A DNA stretch of 63,798 nt, the filler included, from Craspedostauros australis (Eukaryota), in assembly GCA_030167865.1 (NCBI GenBank). It is 11 parts of 11 records of this genome, joined end to end, with 100 filler letters (N's around TTAATTAATTAA, not from the genome) between each part and the next. Parts side by side here need not be neighbours in the genome. Positions count along the whole stretch, not along the records: positions 1 to 11,927 come from JALAGF010004830.1; 10 more parts are not named here. One strand, 5' to 3'. The translations under genes were made by a program, and so were the position numbers. This document shows, piece after piece, positions 1 through 12,027 of this stretch (position 1 is the stretch's first letter; each line of letters begins with the position of its first letter). The notes below the pieces were generated by a model. It was not told where the DNA came from, did no database searches, and was given only the letters and a program-made list of their open reading frames with translations.

Positions 1-1782
1 CTTGGTGTGTCGCCTCGCGTGTGGAAATGCCCGACCAGATCCAACCGACCTTGCTTCCTGCGCTTCACCTTGTACACGCAGATGGATTGGTGTCCGCGAT
101 TGCTTACCACGACGAAACCGCCGGATTGGTGAACGCAAATGCGTCCACAGGTGTTCATCGTTTTGGGAAATGCGGGCGGCAGAGTGCTGATGGATTGGAT
201 GAGGCGCAAGGTGCTGCGTCCCTTGAATCTAGTCATATCCTCGCGGTTGCGTGCCGCCGCGTCCATTTCTTGGAGCAGATCGCGATCGACCTCGAACACT
301 GCCACTGTGGAGCTGAGCTCATTGACGACGTAGGCAACGTTGTATTGCGGATGGAACTCCAGGTACCTCGGGCCGTCGGGNNNNCCCGTGCACAGCCCAG
401 ATGGCAGCATGTTGGATTCATGCACGATCTTTCCCTCTGTGCGATCGTAGAGGAATTCGCGGATGACGTCCTTTCCCAAATCAGGAACGTACGCCACGGT
501 CCCAACGAACGGATCCAGCACCAACGCATGCGAGTGAGGATCGGCCTGCCGTTGCTGGATGGTGGAAGCATCGTTGCAGGAATGGTTGGCTCCGCCATCC
601 TTTTTCGCTGATGCCACCATCTTCTTGCCATGCTTGGGATCGTACATGGACTTGATCTGCGTTTTATGTAGAAGAGAGGTTTGAATTGAGAGGTGGATTT
701 GGGAACATGAAAAAGGGGTGGATGAGAAAATGAGGTGTCGTGGAATGTTGGTTGGCCGTGTGAGTGATCGTTCTGTGGTCTGAAGACTGCTGCGGTATGG
801 GAATGGTGCCATTCGATGTGATGGATACGTACCGGGCCTTCCAGAGCTCCCGTTGCTTCGTTGATGCGAATGACGGAAAGGGTGGAGTCCCAATAGTTGA
901 CAACCAGCAGGTGTTGCTGATCTTTGTCGATTGTGAGGTAGCATGTCGAGGTTCCACCGGCGCCGATAGGATCGCCGAGCTGCTGCAACTGCCCATCTGA
1001 TTGGATTTGGTATGCGTAGATCAGACCTTCCTCTTCGATGTCTTCGGTGCAGGTGTAGACGACATTGTGCTTGGGATGGTACCGAGTGAAGGCGGGGTTC
1101 AAGACGGCATCGCCTTGGACGTTGAGGAGGACGAGACTGCCGTCGGCTGGATCGAAGCGGTAGATGTACAACGAGTGCTGCGCTTGGGTGCCTCGAGGAC
1201 CGTGGGCTGATGGACGAGGGTGTGCAAATCGGTGTTGAGAGAATGATCGAGTGCATCATCATCAATGCATCATGCGAGTAGTAATGGTGGTGTTGGTGTT
1301 GGTGCGTGGATCGGATTAGCGCAATGGGAAACGATGAGATGGGATGGATGGGTGAGATGGAGGAGCACCCATGTGCAGAGAGGATCTGTTCGGTCCGTCG
1401 TGGAGAAAGGACAAGAAGGCGTTCGCGTTGTTCGTGTTCTTTGTTCCGTGTTCTTCGACGGCGACACCTGTACTTCATCAACCACGACCACAACCGCAAC
1501 CACAACGCAATGCATCGTGTGGAGGAAGAGAGGAAAGCGCAGTCGCAAGGAGCCGTGCGCAACCAGCAGCAATGAACTTGGGTGACTGTGCAGTCCACGA
1601 TGTCACTCACCTAGCTTGTCGAAGTCCGAGTAGCTGGTCACGAAGAAGAGCTGGTCCTCTTCGTCCACGTTGCTAGATGATGGATGATATCCGCGGTGAC
1701 GGGGATGGCCGCTTTTCACAGTTTCATGGCTGTTCGAAACGGTTGACACAGAACTGGAGCTGTGGGAGATGTGGTGCACCAT
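1..1782 (-). CDS. Lactonase (6-phosphogluconolactonase/cycloisomerase-2 beta-propeller family). Exons 1782-1611, 1206-833, 656-<1; the 3' end runs off the window
   Basis: GT-AG introns 1610-1207 and 832-657 join in frame: MVHHISH...LFFVTSYSDFDKL-AHGPRG...YIYRFD...NPAF...TSTCYLTID...LLVVNYWDS...QADPHSHALVLDP...AYVPDLGKD, typical lactonase motifs. Confidence 0.85.
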
Positions 1783-2974
1783 GTGAGCTGGGTGGTGCTA
1801 TTCGTGTTGGTGTAGTGTTGGTGGGGCTGTTTTTGCTTTGCGTTGTCTTATTTGTCTCGCTTTGGCGTTTCGTTGCTGTTGATGTTGTTGTTGGTTTCTG
1901 TCTTATCGTGTCTCTTTGTGTCTGTATGTCAGAGCTTTTATGAGACGATTCCGATGCCAACTCTCTCTCTCTCCGCTTGCCTAACGTGGTCAGAGAGCGG
2001 AATGGTTGCGATGATCGATGGTGCAGTTGATGGCTTCTAAATTGTGGAAGCGAGAGCTGATGTGTGGTGTCGAGGCCAAAGCAGACCAAAATCAAATGAG
2101 GTGAAGTGAAGTGGAGCACGTGCGAATCACTTGGGTGTCAACTCACATCAACCGACCCAACCAGGCAGAGATTGTTGATCGGTTGTCAAGAGAGGAGACG
2201 CTGTCAACAACAGACACCACCTTTCGTTTTTTCTCTACTGTTGTCTTGTGTGTTTGTTGTTGTATTGACAAGAGAGAGAGAGAGAGAGAGAGACCAACAG
2301 CGACGACGGCGACGACAGAGAGAGGAAGAGAGACGAGAAGTGTTGCACAAGTGTGTGTGGGTGCAGCAAAGGGGAGGCAGTGTGCAACTTCACGAATAGC
2401 CACATTCGCATGACAAGCGAATTGAGGAAGATGCGAGAACAAGAACTTGGGAGAAAGAAAGAAAAAGAAGAAGCGCCAGAAAGAAGATTGCACCGTGACT
2501 CAAATAGTATCTTGGGTGTCAACGCTGTTTCAACGCGATCATTCAGTCAGTCCCGCGAAACGATGGAATCCAGGACGGAGTTTGACAGATGCCACTCGAC
2601 GCTTCGAAGCAACGACATGGCACACACCACCCACAGCTGCTTCTCTCCTCTGCGATCTCAATCGTATTCCGCTCCGCTCTTTGTTCTGCGTACTTCTGTG
2701 GGGCACTCCACCGTATCCTTGACATCAACACCATCAACACCATCACCACCGTCATTTCCGAGGTGACACCTCTTTGAAATTGGCCTTCTCGTCGGCGACT
2801 GTCTCCACACATTTATTGATGGATTGGAGGCAGACAGCACAACAGCACAGCTACTCAACACCTCCCACAATTCGCAGCAACTCACATCAAATCACATCAA
2901 CACGTATCAACGCGAAACCAAGCTTCCATCCTCGAACACCTTTCACAACTGAAGACCAAAGACTGAAGACGAAA

Positions 2975-3877
2975 ATGACAGACGCAGCGGAGAGAATAAA
3001 AGCGGATCAGCCCAGACCATTTCTCAAGGATCCATCCTTCGACAACCAGACCATCGTCATTACGGGCGCAGGAGGACAGTTCGGTCGCGAAGGCTGCCAG
3101 TACTTCTACCGTCAAGGATGCAACGTCGTTGCGCTCGACAACAACACCAAAACGCTGGAAGAAACGAAGGCATCCATTGATGATGGCAACAACGACGCTC
3201 GTTTCATTTCCATCACGTGCGATGTGACCAGCGAAGAAAGCGTCGATGGTGCCATCCAGCAGACCGTGGACAAGTTCCCCAGTGGGATCCACTTCCTCTG
3301 GAACAACGCCGGCTACCAAGGACAGATCGCGCCAACGTTGGATTACCCTGTCGACGATTTCCGACGCGTCCTCGACATCAACGTCACCGGCATGTTCATG
3401 GTCCTCCAGCGCGTCGCCAGACAGATGACCAAGCAACAAGCTCAGCAAGGCCAACAAGGCCAACAATCCTCTTATGCCATCGTCAACACCGCCAGCGTCG
3501 CTGGATTGCGAGGAACGCCAGCAATGATCGCGTACGCATCATCCAAGGCGGCGGTGCTGGCAATGACCGTGTCATCATCGAAAGATCTGGCACCGCACAG
3601 CATCCGCGTCAATGCCATCTCTCCCGCACTCATCGGTCCAGGATACATGTGGGATCGTCAGAATGAGCTGCATGCCGATTGTGCGTCTCCGTACTTCGCG
3701 AATGATGCGGCGACGGTGGCGCGGAACAAGATCAGCGGCGTTCCAATGAAGCGGCTGGGTAGCATCGCCGAGGTGGTTCAGTCTGTGTCGTACCTCCTGA
3801 GCCCACTGCAGTCGAGCTACACAACCGGTACGAACGTGGTGGTGGATGGTGGAATGAGCTCTGGTTTGAAGTGTTAG
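2975..3877 (+). CDS. Short-chain dehydrogenase/reductase, xylitol/polyol dehydrogenase-like
   Basis: TGAGGQFG cofactor motif, NNAG, NTAS, catalytic YASSK, IRVNAISP, VVDGG; single exon; ATG in AAAATG context. Confidence 0.92.
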   Translation: MTDAAERIKADQPRPFLKDPSFDNQTIVITGAGGQFGREGCQYFYRQGCNVVALDNNTKTLEETKASIDDGNNDARFISITCDVTSEESVDGAIQQTVDKFPSGIHFLWNNAGYQGQIAPTLDYPVDDFRRVLDINVTGMFMVLQRVARQMTKQQAQQGQQGQQSSYAIVNTASVAGLRGTPAMIAYASSKAAVLAMTVSSSKDLAPHSIRVNAISPALIGPGYMWDRQNELHADCASPYFANDAATVARNKISGVPMKRLGSIAEVVQSVSYLLSPLQSSYTTGTNVVVDGGMSSGLKC

Positions 3878-4310
3878 GTGGAAAGAAGGGAGCGGGACAT
3901 GCAGCATGCAGAACGGACAACGGATACCGGATGGAAGAATGAAGGTGTACAGGAACGCAAAAGCCATCGATCGTCGCTGTGGCGAGGGGTCATCGGAAAG
4001 CGGCAGCGGTGACATTGTTTGGAGAGAACGGTGGACGTTGGTGTCGCGCTGTCTGCAACAGTCGGTTTTCCATTGAAATTAGGGCCAAAATAATGAAAAT
4101 GAGCACGATGACTGATCATCATGATGTATATTTAGATATTCCCACCATGCCGTACAAATGCTAGCACGACATGCATGCTGACGACAGCGCCACCACATCG
4201 TCAATGGCCTTCCTCGCACGAAGTGTATCACCCTCTGATCCGTTGCTATCGCCCAGACAATAGGGCTACTATCTTCTTTAATTTCACCTTCCCCAGCCAA
4301 CCCCCGACTA

Positions 4311-7007
4311 TCAGGCTGTCATTATAATCGTAGTACCATATTTTTCATGGCGTGCGTGCGGATTCCACGTATCATCCAACATCGTCATGTACTCACTTAG
4401 CATGGGCGAACGATCGACCGGAAATGACACCAACAGCGGTTCATCAGGACCAAATACCGGTTGCTCAGTGGGACATGTCTTCTTGCGACTCATCACGCAA
4501 TACCATCGATTCTTGCCAAATGGCAGAATATATTCTGCCATTCTCCGCTTCTTTTCGCATATCTCTGGCAGGTCTTCATCGCGTGCGCCGAAGTAATTCT
4601 TGGCGATGGTGCAGATGGTGTACACTTGTAGGTCCTTGAGTTGGCCATTCGCATCTCGCTTGCCACCGACGAACGAAACGGATCCATCGATGAGATCGCT
4701 ATCCTCTTGTACCACAGTGGTGAGCGGCGGATAGAAAGAAGTAGATGGGATGTTGGAACATGCAGCTCTGAGACTGAGAAGCGAGGCCGTCACTTCCTCA
4801 TCGATCACCAAGGTATCTCTTACCGATACACCTGAATCATCTCTGACTTGACGATCCTCCATTTTTGCAGAGGTTGTGGCTTCGCCAGGACTTATCAAGT
4901 CTGTCGGTGGTTGATGCTCGGCGTCTTCAGTGCTGCTTTCACTTTCATATCCGTCGCTACCGTCTTCGTCAGCTCTCGATATTCGCATCGTGCATATGTG
5001 GAAGTGTGTGGACTTCATCGCATGATCGGAGACCACCGACACCGGGATTACTCCTCTGAGCCCATCCCATAACTCCTCTCCCTCGCTATCAGCGTGGTCG
5101 ATCGACGCAGGTGAGACGTACATGTTGAGTGTGTCCATCAAGATCGACTTGACGTCCTTCCGGTCTTCTTGTGCAACGGTCATGGCTCCTCCGATGGCGC
5201 AGCTGATGAGCTGCGGGGCCAACGCTTCAAAAGCCAATGGCCAGATATCAAGGTAGGGACGTGGATGGTCCAATGTCTTTCCGTGTTGCACCAACCAGAT
5301 GCAGAGTAGCTTCATTGCCTTGTCAACTTGGAATGGTTGTGATACCCGGATGGTGTACTCCTCGTTTGGGTCTGGTCCTCGTCCCCATCCTTTCTCCAAT
5401 GGCGGAAGCCGGGCCGGTGTCACCAGGCCAGAGTCTTCAACAAGGCGGCGCATTGGGATCGTGTTCTTCTCGAATGTAGCGAACTGGATACCATAATCCA
5501 AGCTGGTTGCGACTCGAGCGATCTCATCTGCAGTGCCGGTCATCGCGAACTCGCGCTGGAAGAGGAGAGTAGCAAGTGTCTGTGACGCCATCTGGATGAG
5601 TGTTTCTGGGTCCTTCCGCAGCTCTTTCATGCTGCCGCAACACATGACTTTCTCGAGGACAATTCGAACAATCCTTTCGTGATCATGTTGGTTCTTGAAG
5701 AAGTAATATCTGTCGGATAGCAAATCCAGGAGGATGGACATCATTCTCGGATTTTTCGCCATGGGACCAAAGAGAGGATGTTTGGCCGCCTCATCGTACT
5801 TGGGGATGCACTCTCGCTCTCTCTCTGTCATGGGACGTTTCTGTCGCAGATGCCCGTAGAGTCGTTTCTTCACCACCAGTGCGGTCGGTGTGTGACACTC
5901 ATAGTGAGAAGGGATGGATCCTACAGCAAAGTTGTGAACACCTGCACCCGCAATGGAAAATGCCACCTTGAGGTTGGACTTTACTCCATCGTTGGGGAGC
6001 TCACCCTCGCATTTGTTCATGATGTATGCTCCAAGGACATGACCAAAAACCCTGTATTGGTGGATGATTGCTCGGACAAGGTTTGGGCACTTCGATGCGT
6101 TATCGATGCTGAGAATGACTGTGACATTGTCCTTGTCGTCGGTTTCATGGTTCCAGAATGCGACGGACCGTGAGATGGTGCTGATAACCCGCTTCAATCC
6201 TACAAAACAGGCATCCAGAGATGCCTTGAGCTTGTTTCGGGCGAGAGTGTGACGTTCCTGGATGTCTATCGATTCTTTGATATCACCATCGGCCTCAAGT
6301 AGGAACGTAATGGGCGCGTCCCTCGAGTATGCACTCGCCGCGAGCTCGATGGTCTTGCCGGTACCGATTCCGGAATCGTAAAGTAGCACCTTGTTCTGGT
6401 CTCCACGTGGTTTTCGTTTCTCGATGAGGACTTCATCAGGAATCAGTGATTCCTTTCCTTTGTGCCACACCGAGATCGTCCCAACGTAGTATGAGTATGA
6501 GCAGCCTCCATATGCACCCATGCAACAAATATTGTTGAGACCATTGTGTTGTCCACATTTCTTGTCCAGCTCATCGCAGAGCATGGTGGCAAGATCAGCA
6601 TGGAGCCTATTTGGATTCTTCCCGCGAATATAGCACCAAGCTCGAACTGCCATGGCTTCCCAGTAGATCCAAGACCGGAGAGGATCGTCCCAGTATTTTC
6701 CCGTGCTTTGGTGACGCTCAAGCTTGAACTCCTGTCGCAGGGTCGAATTGTATTTGTCGCGTTCGGTCGACCACGCCATGTGTTTCGCGATTGTTCTGGT
6801 GTGCCACAGTCTCTCGAATGTTTCATTCCACTCCTTCCGTGCTTGTTCCTTGATGCCCATCTGCTTTGCCAAGCGCTTGTTCAGCTCCCTGTTTCCTATA
6901 TCGTTCTCCCAGAAAGCTTCGTCATCAAAGACCGGTTTCCAATTGAGCTTATCAAGTGACACAGGCGCAGTCGATGCTGACGGAGCCTCGGTGGTGTTGG
7001 ACTGCAT
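4311..7007 (-). CDS. Uncharacterised ~900 aa protein with a divergent P-loop NTPase-like region
   Basis: Uninterrupted 2.7 kb ORF; Walker A-like LLYDSGIGTGKT; Walker B-like VILSIDN. Confidence 0.65.
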   Translation of the reverse strand: MQSNTTEAPSASTAPVSLDKLNWKPVFDDEAFWENDIGNRELNKRLAKQMGIKEQARKEWNETFERLWHTRTIAKHMAWSTERDKYNSTLRQEFKLERHQSTGKYWDDPLRSWIYWEAMAVRAWCYIRGKNPNRLHADLATMLCDELDKKCGQHNGLNNICCMGAYGGCSYSYYVGTISVWHKGKESLIPDEVLIEKRKPRGDQNKVLLYDSGIGTGKTIELAASAYSRDAPITFLLEADGDIKESIDIQERHTLARNKLKASLDACFVGLKRVISTISRSVAFWNHETDDKDNVTVILSIDNASKCPNLVRAIIHQYRVFGHVLGAYIMNKCEGELPNDGVKSNLKVAFSIAGAGVHNFAVGSIPSHYECHTPTALVVKKRLYGHLRQKRPMTERERECIPKYDEAAKHPLFGPMAKNPRMMSILLDLLSDRYYFFKNQHDHERIVRIVLEKVMCCGSMKELRKDPETLIQMASQTLATLLFQREFAMTGTADEIARVATSLDYGIQFATFEKNTIPMRRLVEDSGLVTPARLPPLEKGWGRGPDPNEEYTIRVSQPFQVDKAMKLLCIWLVQHGKTLDHPRPYLDIWPLAFEALAPQLISCAIGGAMTVAQEDRKDVKSILMDTLNMYVSPASIDHADSEGEELWDGLRGVIPVSVVSDHAMKSTHFHICTMRISRADEDGSDGYESESSTEDAEHQPPTDLISPGEATTSAKMEDRQVRDDSGVSVRDTLVIDEEVTASLLSLRAACSNIPSTSFYPPLTTVVQEDSDLIDGSVSFVGGKRDANGQLKDLQVYTICTIAKNYFGARDEDLPEICEKKRRMAEYILPFGKNRWYCVMSRKKTCPTEQPVFGPDEPLLVSFPVDRSPMLSEYMTMLDDTWNPHARHEKYGTTIIMTA

Positions 7008-8014
7008 CGTGAGTTCTTGCGCGCAAGGCTGCTGCTGCTGTTGCTCTTGATCCACTCTCCACCTGGGCTGCACGTGTCTGTGCGATGTATCGGGTATCCA
7101 AGTTGCCTTCGAAGCCTCTTTATGATGCTTTCAGTTGCTCTCTGCTATCTCCAACCAAAACCTGAGTGCTGTGCTTTGCCATCACTTCGTGGTGCCTAAA
7201 TGTTGTGTTGCCTCTGTGTCATCGTGTTGCCTCTGTCACCGTTCCTTGTCTTTCTTGCTCGTTCGTTCCATGTTCATGTTCATGTTCACGAGATCTTCCA
7301 CGCAGCTTTGCGCGGAAGCGATCCAACAGACAGGAAGCGTGTCAACTCCGACAAAAGGACAAAGATTTATCGAGTCTTGTCTTGTCGCTGGGTCACGCCA
7401 AATTCTGTTTATTCAGTTGGGACAGACTTGGTCCGGGACCCATACGGCACTCGACCGTCCGTTTCGCGTACACGGTATTTGGTATCCAACACCGATACTG
7501 TGATGGAAGGCTACCGCACACATGGTGCGTAGTTGAACCACGATCCACGCTCTGCTCACCCTCCAGCTCATGCACTCATGCCACCTGCCCAGCTAACCAT
7601 CTTGCAGAACCTGTACGCATCTTGGAGCATATCCACATCAATGGATCAAGTGCTGCTCTACGGAAAGAGCTGCTGGACAGCTGTGTGTGTGCAGAACCAT
7701 CACGACATGTTGCTGTACAACAAGAACAGCTGAAGCACGACAGCATGAACCCCTGCCTTTTTACTCGATCGTCCTATCAATAGTCAGCTTAACACATAAA
7801 GCAAGCAATCAGAAACAATCTTAACAGCTTACTTCTGAGTCTACTACAGTGACACCATCGTCTGATACAGCTTTGTTCTCAACATTAAGCAGTATCAAAA
7901 CCGGTTGAAGGACAGACCATCCTCCTGACAACGTGCAAAAGACACGGAATACCAACTGGTAGCTTCACTCTACTTCATTTGACGGACCTGGTCACCCCCA
8001 ATTTCGAAGCAAGT

Positions 8015-8817
8015 TGTTGGGAATGTACATGCGTGTATGTACATCGTTCACCCATTATTCTCTGATACTCATGTGTGGACGGTACAACTACATTCGAGTT
8101 GATAGTGAACTGTGACTTGGCAAAATCACATCACAAATCGAACACACAAAAATGAACAGAATTTCTGGAGGAAATTTGTAATCAACGATTTCTGAGGGAA
8201 TCAGGAACATCGTCCGTCCATCCATCAATGAAAACATATGACATCGAGCTTCGCTCGATGTCTTTCCCAACTCAACCTCAATGACAATATCATCTGCCAG
8301 ACCATCGCATCATCGATGGAATGTGACATCTAGAGAGCAGAAGGACGACAGCTGACATCAACAGGATGTCATTGTGTCACCAAGTTGACATATGTCTCCA
8401 CATCAGATCAAGGAGGCAAAGATTCGATGATCAAGGGACATTAAGATTGTAAGTATGTAAGGAGGAATGCAGTGTGGGAGTATTGGCAATTACTCACAGA
8501 GTAGTGGGCCAGCAGAGAACAAAACAACGGAGTATGTAATGCATGCGGAGTACACGTTGAGTACGGAATATTGCATGGTGTGAACACGCAATATTGAGAG
8601 AGAGAGAGAGAGAGAGAGTATGAGCAACAGCAAGAGAGAATCTTGTGTACCGACTCATAGTTGGACCAACCAGAGAGACGCGCCAAGAGCATCGGGCAAG
8701 AGCAGAAGAGACACCAAGAGGATCGGAGTGTCTATGTATTGAAATAGCAAACAGAATGCCAAAGTACAACACCGTCTTCCACGATTGCAAGGTATCCGTT
8801 CATGGAACTTGCCAACA
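8015..8817 (+). mobile_element. Diverged solo LTR, Copia family A
   Basis: TG...CA ends; colinear with the LTR at 41688-42481 (gtacatcgttcacc, ccgtccatccatcaatg, GA tract, ggaacttgccaaca). Confidence 0.8.
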
Positions 8818-9240
8818 TCTGGGAAGCAGCACGCGCCCCTCCGGCGGACAAGAACAACCGCAGGTTTGGAACATCACCAAGGGTGACACCAATTGTAAGA
8901 TGAGGTGTCATGGGATCGAGGATCAACACATATGTCAAGCAAGCATGCAGGACCGCAGATTCATACCAAGTGAACGTAGACGGATGCGAGCACGCAGATA
9001 CAAATGACGAGATGTCGAGACGAGGGCATGAAGAATAGCATATGAAGATGCACGAGCAAGGCATGATGAAAGTAGAGGGAAGCACCTGGGAACACAGTGA
9101 TACCCCACGATTCTACCACAGTGAATGCCTACAATGAAAATGAAATCAGAAGAGAAAGTGAGATTGAGCTCACAGTTCTAAAACAGTACAATCTAATAAC
9201 AGTTTAGATTCATACTAAGTATAACCCCAGATTTCCACCA
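8818..9240 (+). mobile_element. LTR, family B, abutting the family A LTR (start approximate)
   Basis: 3' end gagctcacagttctaaaac...aaccccagatttccacca matches the termini at 40089, 11297 (rc) and 61065 (rc). Confidence 0.65.
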
Positions 9241-9680
9241 TGTAAGTGTTGGTGTGTATGCCACTGTAGAGTATCTGATGCCACCAACACCACCATTTCT
9301 GGCGCCATCGACACAAGCATTGTGACCTTTATTGATGTTACTGTGCTTGCCAGGTCAGTTTTCCTACGTTTGACTCCAATTTGGGTGTTGTTGATGATGG
9401 TGATGGGAATGTGGCGATTGATGATGACAATGACTGTTGCTGGTCATTCCACGGAAAACAGGAACAGGAATAGCAACAGCAGCAGGCAACAACGAAGGGA
9501 CGTTTGGCACCACCACAGTATCCTTGACTCGATTAGTGACTGAGATAGTGTTGAAGACACAAGCGAAGCTAGAGTTGATATCATCGTCATAGAATGCTCT
9601 GCTTTGCTAGCACAAAATCGGGAAGTGGCGGTAGAGTACGAGCTAGAGCATGCCGGTATGTGTGGCTATATATGTGATGG

Positions 9681-11296
9681 TTAGAGTTCTTCACAGGCAG
9701 AGTCGAATGGAGGAGTGCAATCCATGGCTGGGTCGTCGATTACGAACGTTGCTGTGGGCGACTTACACAATGATGCTTGAGCGCAACCGCTGCTGCATGG
9801 GGCTGCTGCCGTGCAGAATCCTGCTCTGATGATGATGTCATTGGTTGCAGCGTCACTAAAGCCAAGATAACCGCACGCGTTGGAGCCCGAGCACGCACCG
9901 GCTTCGATGATCAAGCTTCCTGCAAACTTGGTGGATGAGCGATGCACGTTTTCACAAGCGCCTCGCTCTCGGCATGCATTCATTCCAACGAAGACATTTG
10001 CCACGACCGGTTCCGTGGTTGTAGACCCTTGGTTGTTGCGGATCGCAACGCGAATACATGCATAGTCTGAATGGCATGCTCCTTCTTCCACTCGTACATT
10101 GCCAAAGGTATTCTGTCCAAGAAGAGTGCAGCTGGATGATGATCCAACACAAGCTCTTGGCCCGATCACCCTGAAACCGACTTCGACACCAGCAGCTGGC
10201 TGACCTCCAGCGAAATTGCCCACCCCATAGCAAGCACTGTTTCCCTTGCAACTGTCAAGTATGATTATGTTGGGACGTGTCAATACGCATGCTTGAGATC
10301 CTGTACATGACCCTGAGCTCACCGTCATGACACCAACAGAGTTAACGGAGCAAGCACCCAAATCGCTGCAGCATGAGCCATTGCACGCACTTGTCACCAC
10401 ATCCGCTCTACCAGTGAAGAGCTTCTTGTCCTCGTTCACGATCTTCAACAATGCGTTGGTGACACTTTCGTCGTTCTTGATCTTGTCAAAGCGTTCCTGC
10501 GCCACCTTCAACATCACGGGCTGTGGAGGGTCTGCATCATTGCATCCAAAGATGCTCTTGATCATGTCGCGCTTTCCCTCAGCCAGAGAATCAACCATGG
10601 AGACGAATTCCGCGCATGTGCCTGTTGCACCATCGCACAATACGTCACCAGTGACGCGCTTGAACATTGATGTGTTGTCACCCGGTGTTGGGAGACATCC
10701 AACAGTCAAGGATGCTGGAGGGAGAGTTGGGCTGCTTGTTCTTGTAGGCTCTTGCGAAGGCTGTGAGCTTGGCGCAACTGACGCCAACGAAGTCGGCGCC
10801 GATGTTGGAGCTGGTGTTGGAGCTGACGTGGGAGCTGACGTGACAGGTGTTGGAAAAGGAGTGGGAGAAAAAGTCGGACAGTCTGTGGGCAAGGTGTCCT
10901 TGCCAATACAGTACTCCTCCACCTTGTCACCAGTGGGATTCATGTTGCTATCGTTGCCTCCCTTTGGACAGGCCCCATCGACATCGCTGATGATGTACAC
11001 CTCGTCGGAGTCGCACTCCGTCTTCGTCATGCATCCTCTGCAGCCTTCGAAACTGCCACATCCACCAGGAGGAACGACGAGGTCGGTCCTCATCCTGTCA
11101 TTGAAGCCCATCTTCTCGCATGACCCATCGGCGGCGCAACCACCAGCACCAATGGTCAGGCTGCCTGCATACTTGCCAGCAGTACCATAGTTGACAGTGG
11201 AATGGGCATCTTTGCAGGCATTGCTGCCTACGCACGCATTCGCCCCAATGTCGATATGGCTGCGCAAGCGATATGATGGTGCCTTCTGCACGACGC
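9681..11296 (-). CDS. Cys/Gly-rich repeat protein with a Pro/Thr/Ser linker (extracellular/adhesin-like); 5' part cut by an LTR
   Basis: Frame is open up to the LTR edge; repeated hxhGxxAC-xxxxAC units; PTPAPTSAPT stalk; duplicated module end. Confidence 0.75.
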
Positions 11297-11765
11297 TGTT
11301 GGAAATCCGGGGTTAGTGTTAGTAAGACCTAATTCGTTGTTAGACCGTACTATTCAGAACTGTGAGCTCATTCTCTTCAGCTCCTTTGCCTTTCGTTTCT
11401 CATGTAGCATCTCCTGCAGCAGCATCGTGTTAGACTGTTGTATTCATGCATCTTATCATCATGAATCAACGCTTGCATGCATGAGATCTCATCCGCAGGC
11501 ATCCTCGACATGCACATCGTCGTGCATATCCGTAGGCATTCTTGCCATGCACCTCGTCGTGTATATCCTTATTCTACATTCCCTGCGGTACGATTCCACA
11601 GTCTTGCGTTTCGCTCTTGATCTCCTGACACCGAACTTTACGATTGGTGTCATGNNNNNNNNNNNNNNNNNNNNNNNNNNNNNNNNNNNNNNNNNNNNNN
11701 NNNNNNNNNNNNNNNNNNNNNNNNNNNNNTGATCATCAATGTGTCGGTCATCATCTTCCTTCACA
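11297..11765 (-). mobile_element. LTR, family B, interrupting the Cys-rich gene (far end approximate)
   Basis: tgttggaaatccgggg...cagaactgtgagctc is the reverse complement of the family B 3' end; candidate TG start at 11765. Confidence 0.7.
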
Positions 11766-11971
11766 TGATTTAGATATCGTGGCCTTTTCTTGATTCACAG
11801 AGGACAGGCTTGTTTTCTTGGTAAGACTGAGGTCATTCCCGTATGATTCGTGTCGTGGTTGGAATGGATAATATTCAAAGGTGTGACGAATAATATCCAA
11901 AGGTGTGACAAATAATGTTGGGAGTTGNNNNNNNNNNNNNNNNNNNNNNNNNNNNNNNNNNNNNNNNNNNN

Positions 11972-11983
11972 TTAATTAATTAA
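11972..11983. other. Artificial contig spacer TTAATTAATTAA inside N runs; also at 18603, 33145, 36302, 39563, 43756, 45250, 56026, 60002, 62237
   Basis: Identical six-frame-stop 12-mer centred in ~100 bp N blocks, ten times. Confidence 0.98.
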
Positions 11984-12027
11984 NNNNNNNNNNNNNNNNN
12001 NNNNNNNNNNNNNNNNNNNNNNNNNNN

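Noticed and set aside
7500..8010. Possible decayed transposase remnants (also 28560-29560, 32250-32720, 38590-39518)
   Set aside because: Coding-like texture with stops but no motif I can assign
11869..11917. 22-bp tandem duplication and scattered microsatellites (GA, CAT, CGT)
   Set aside because: Ordinary simple repeats
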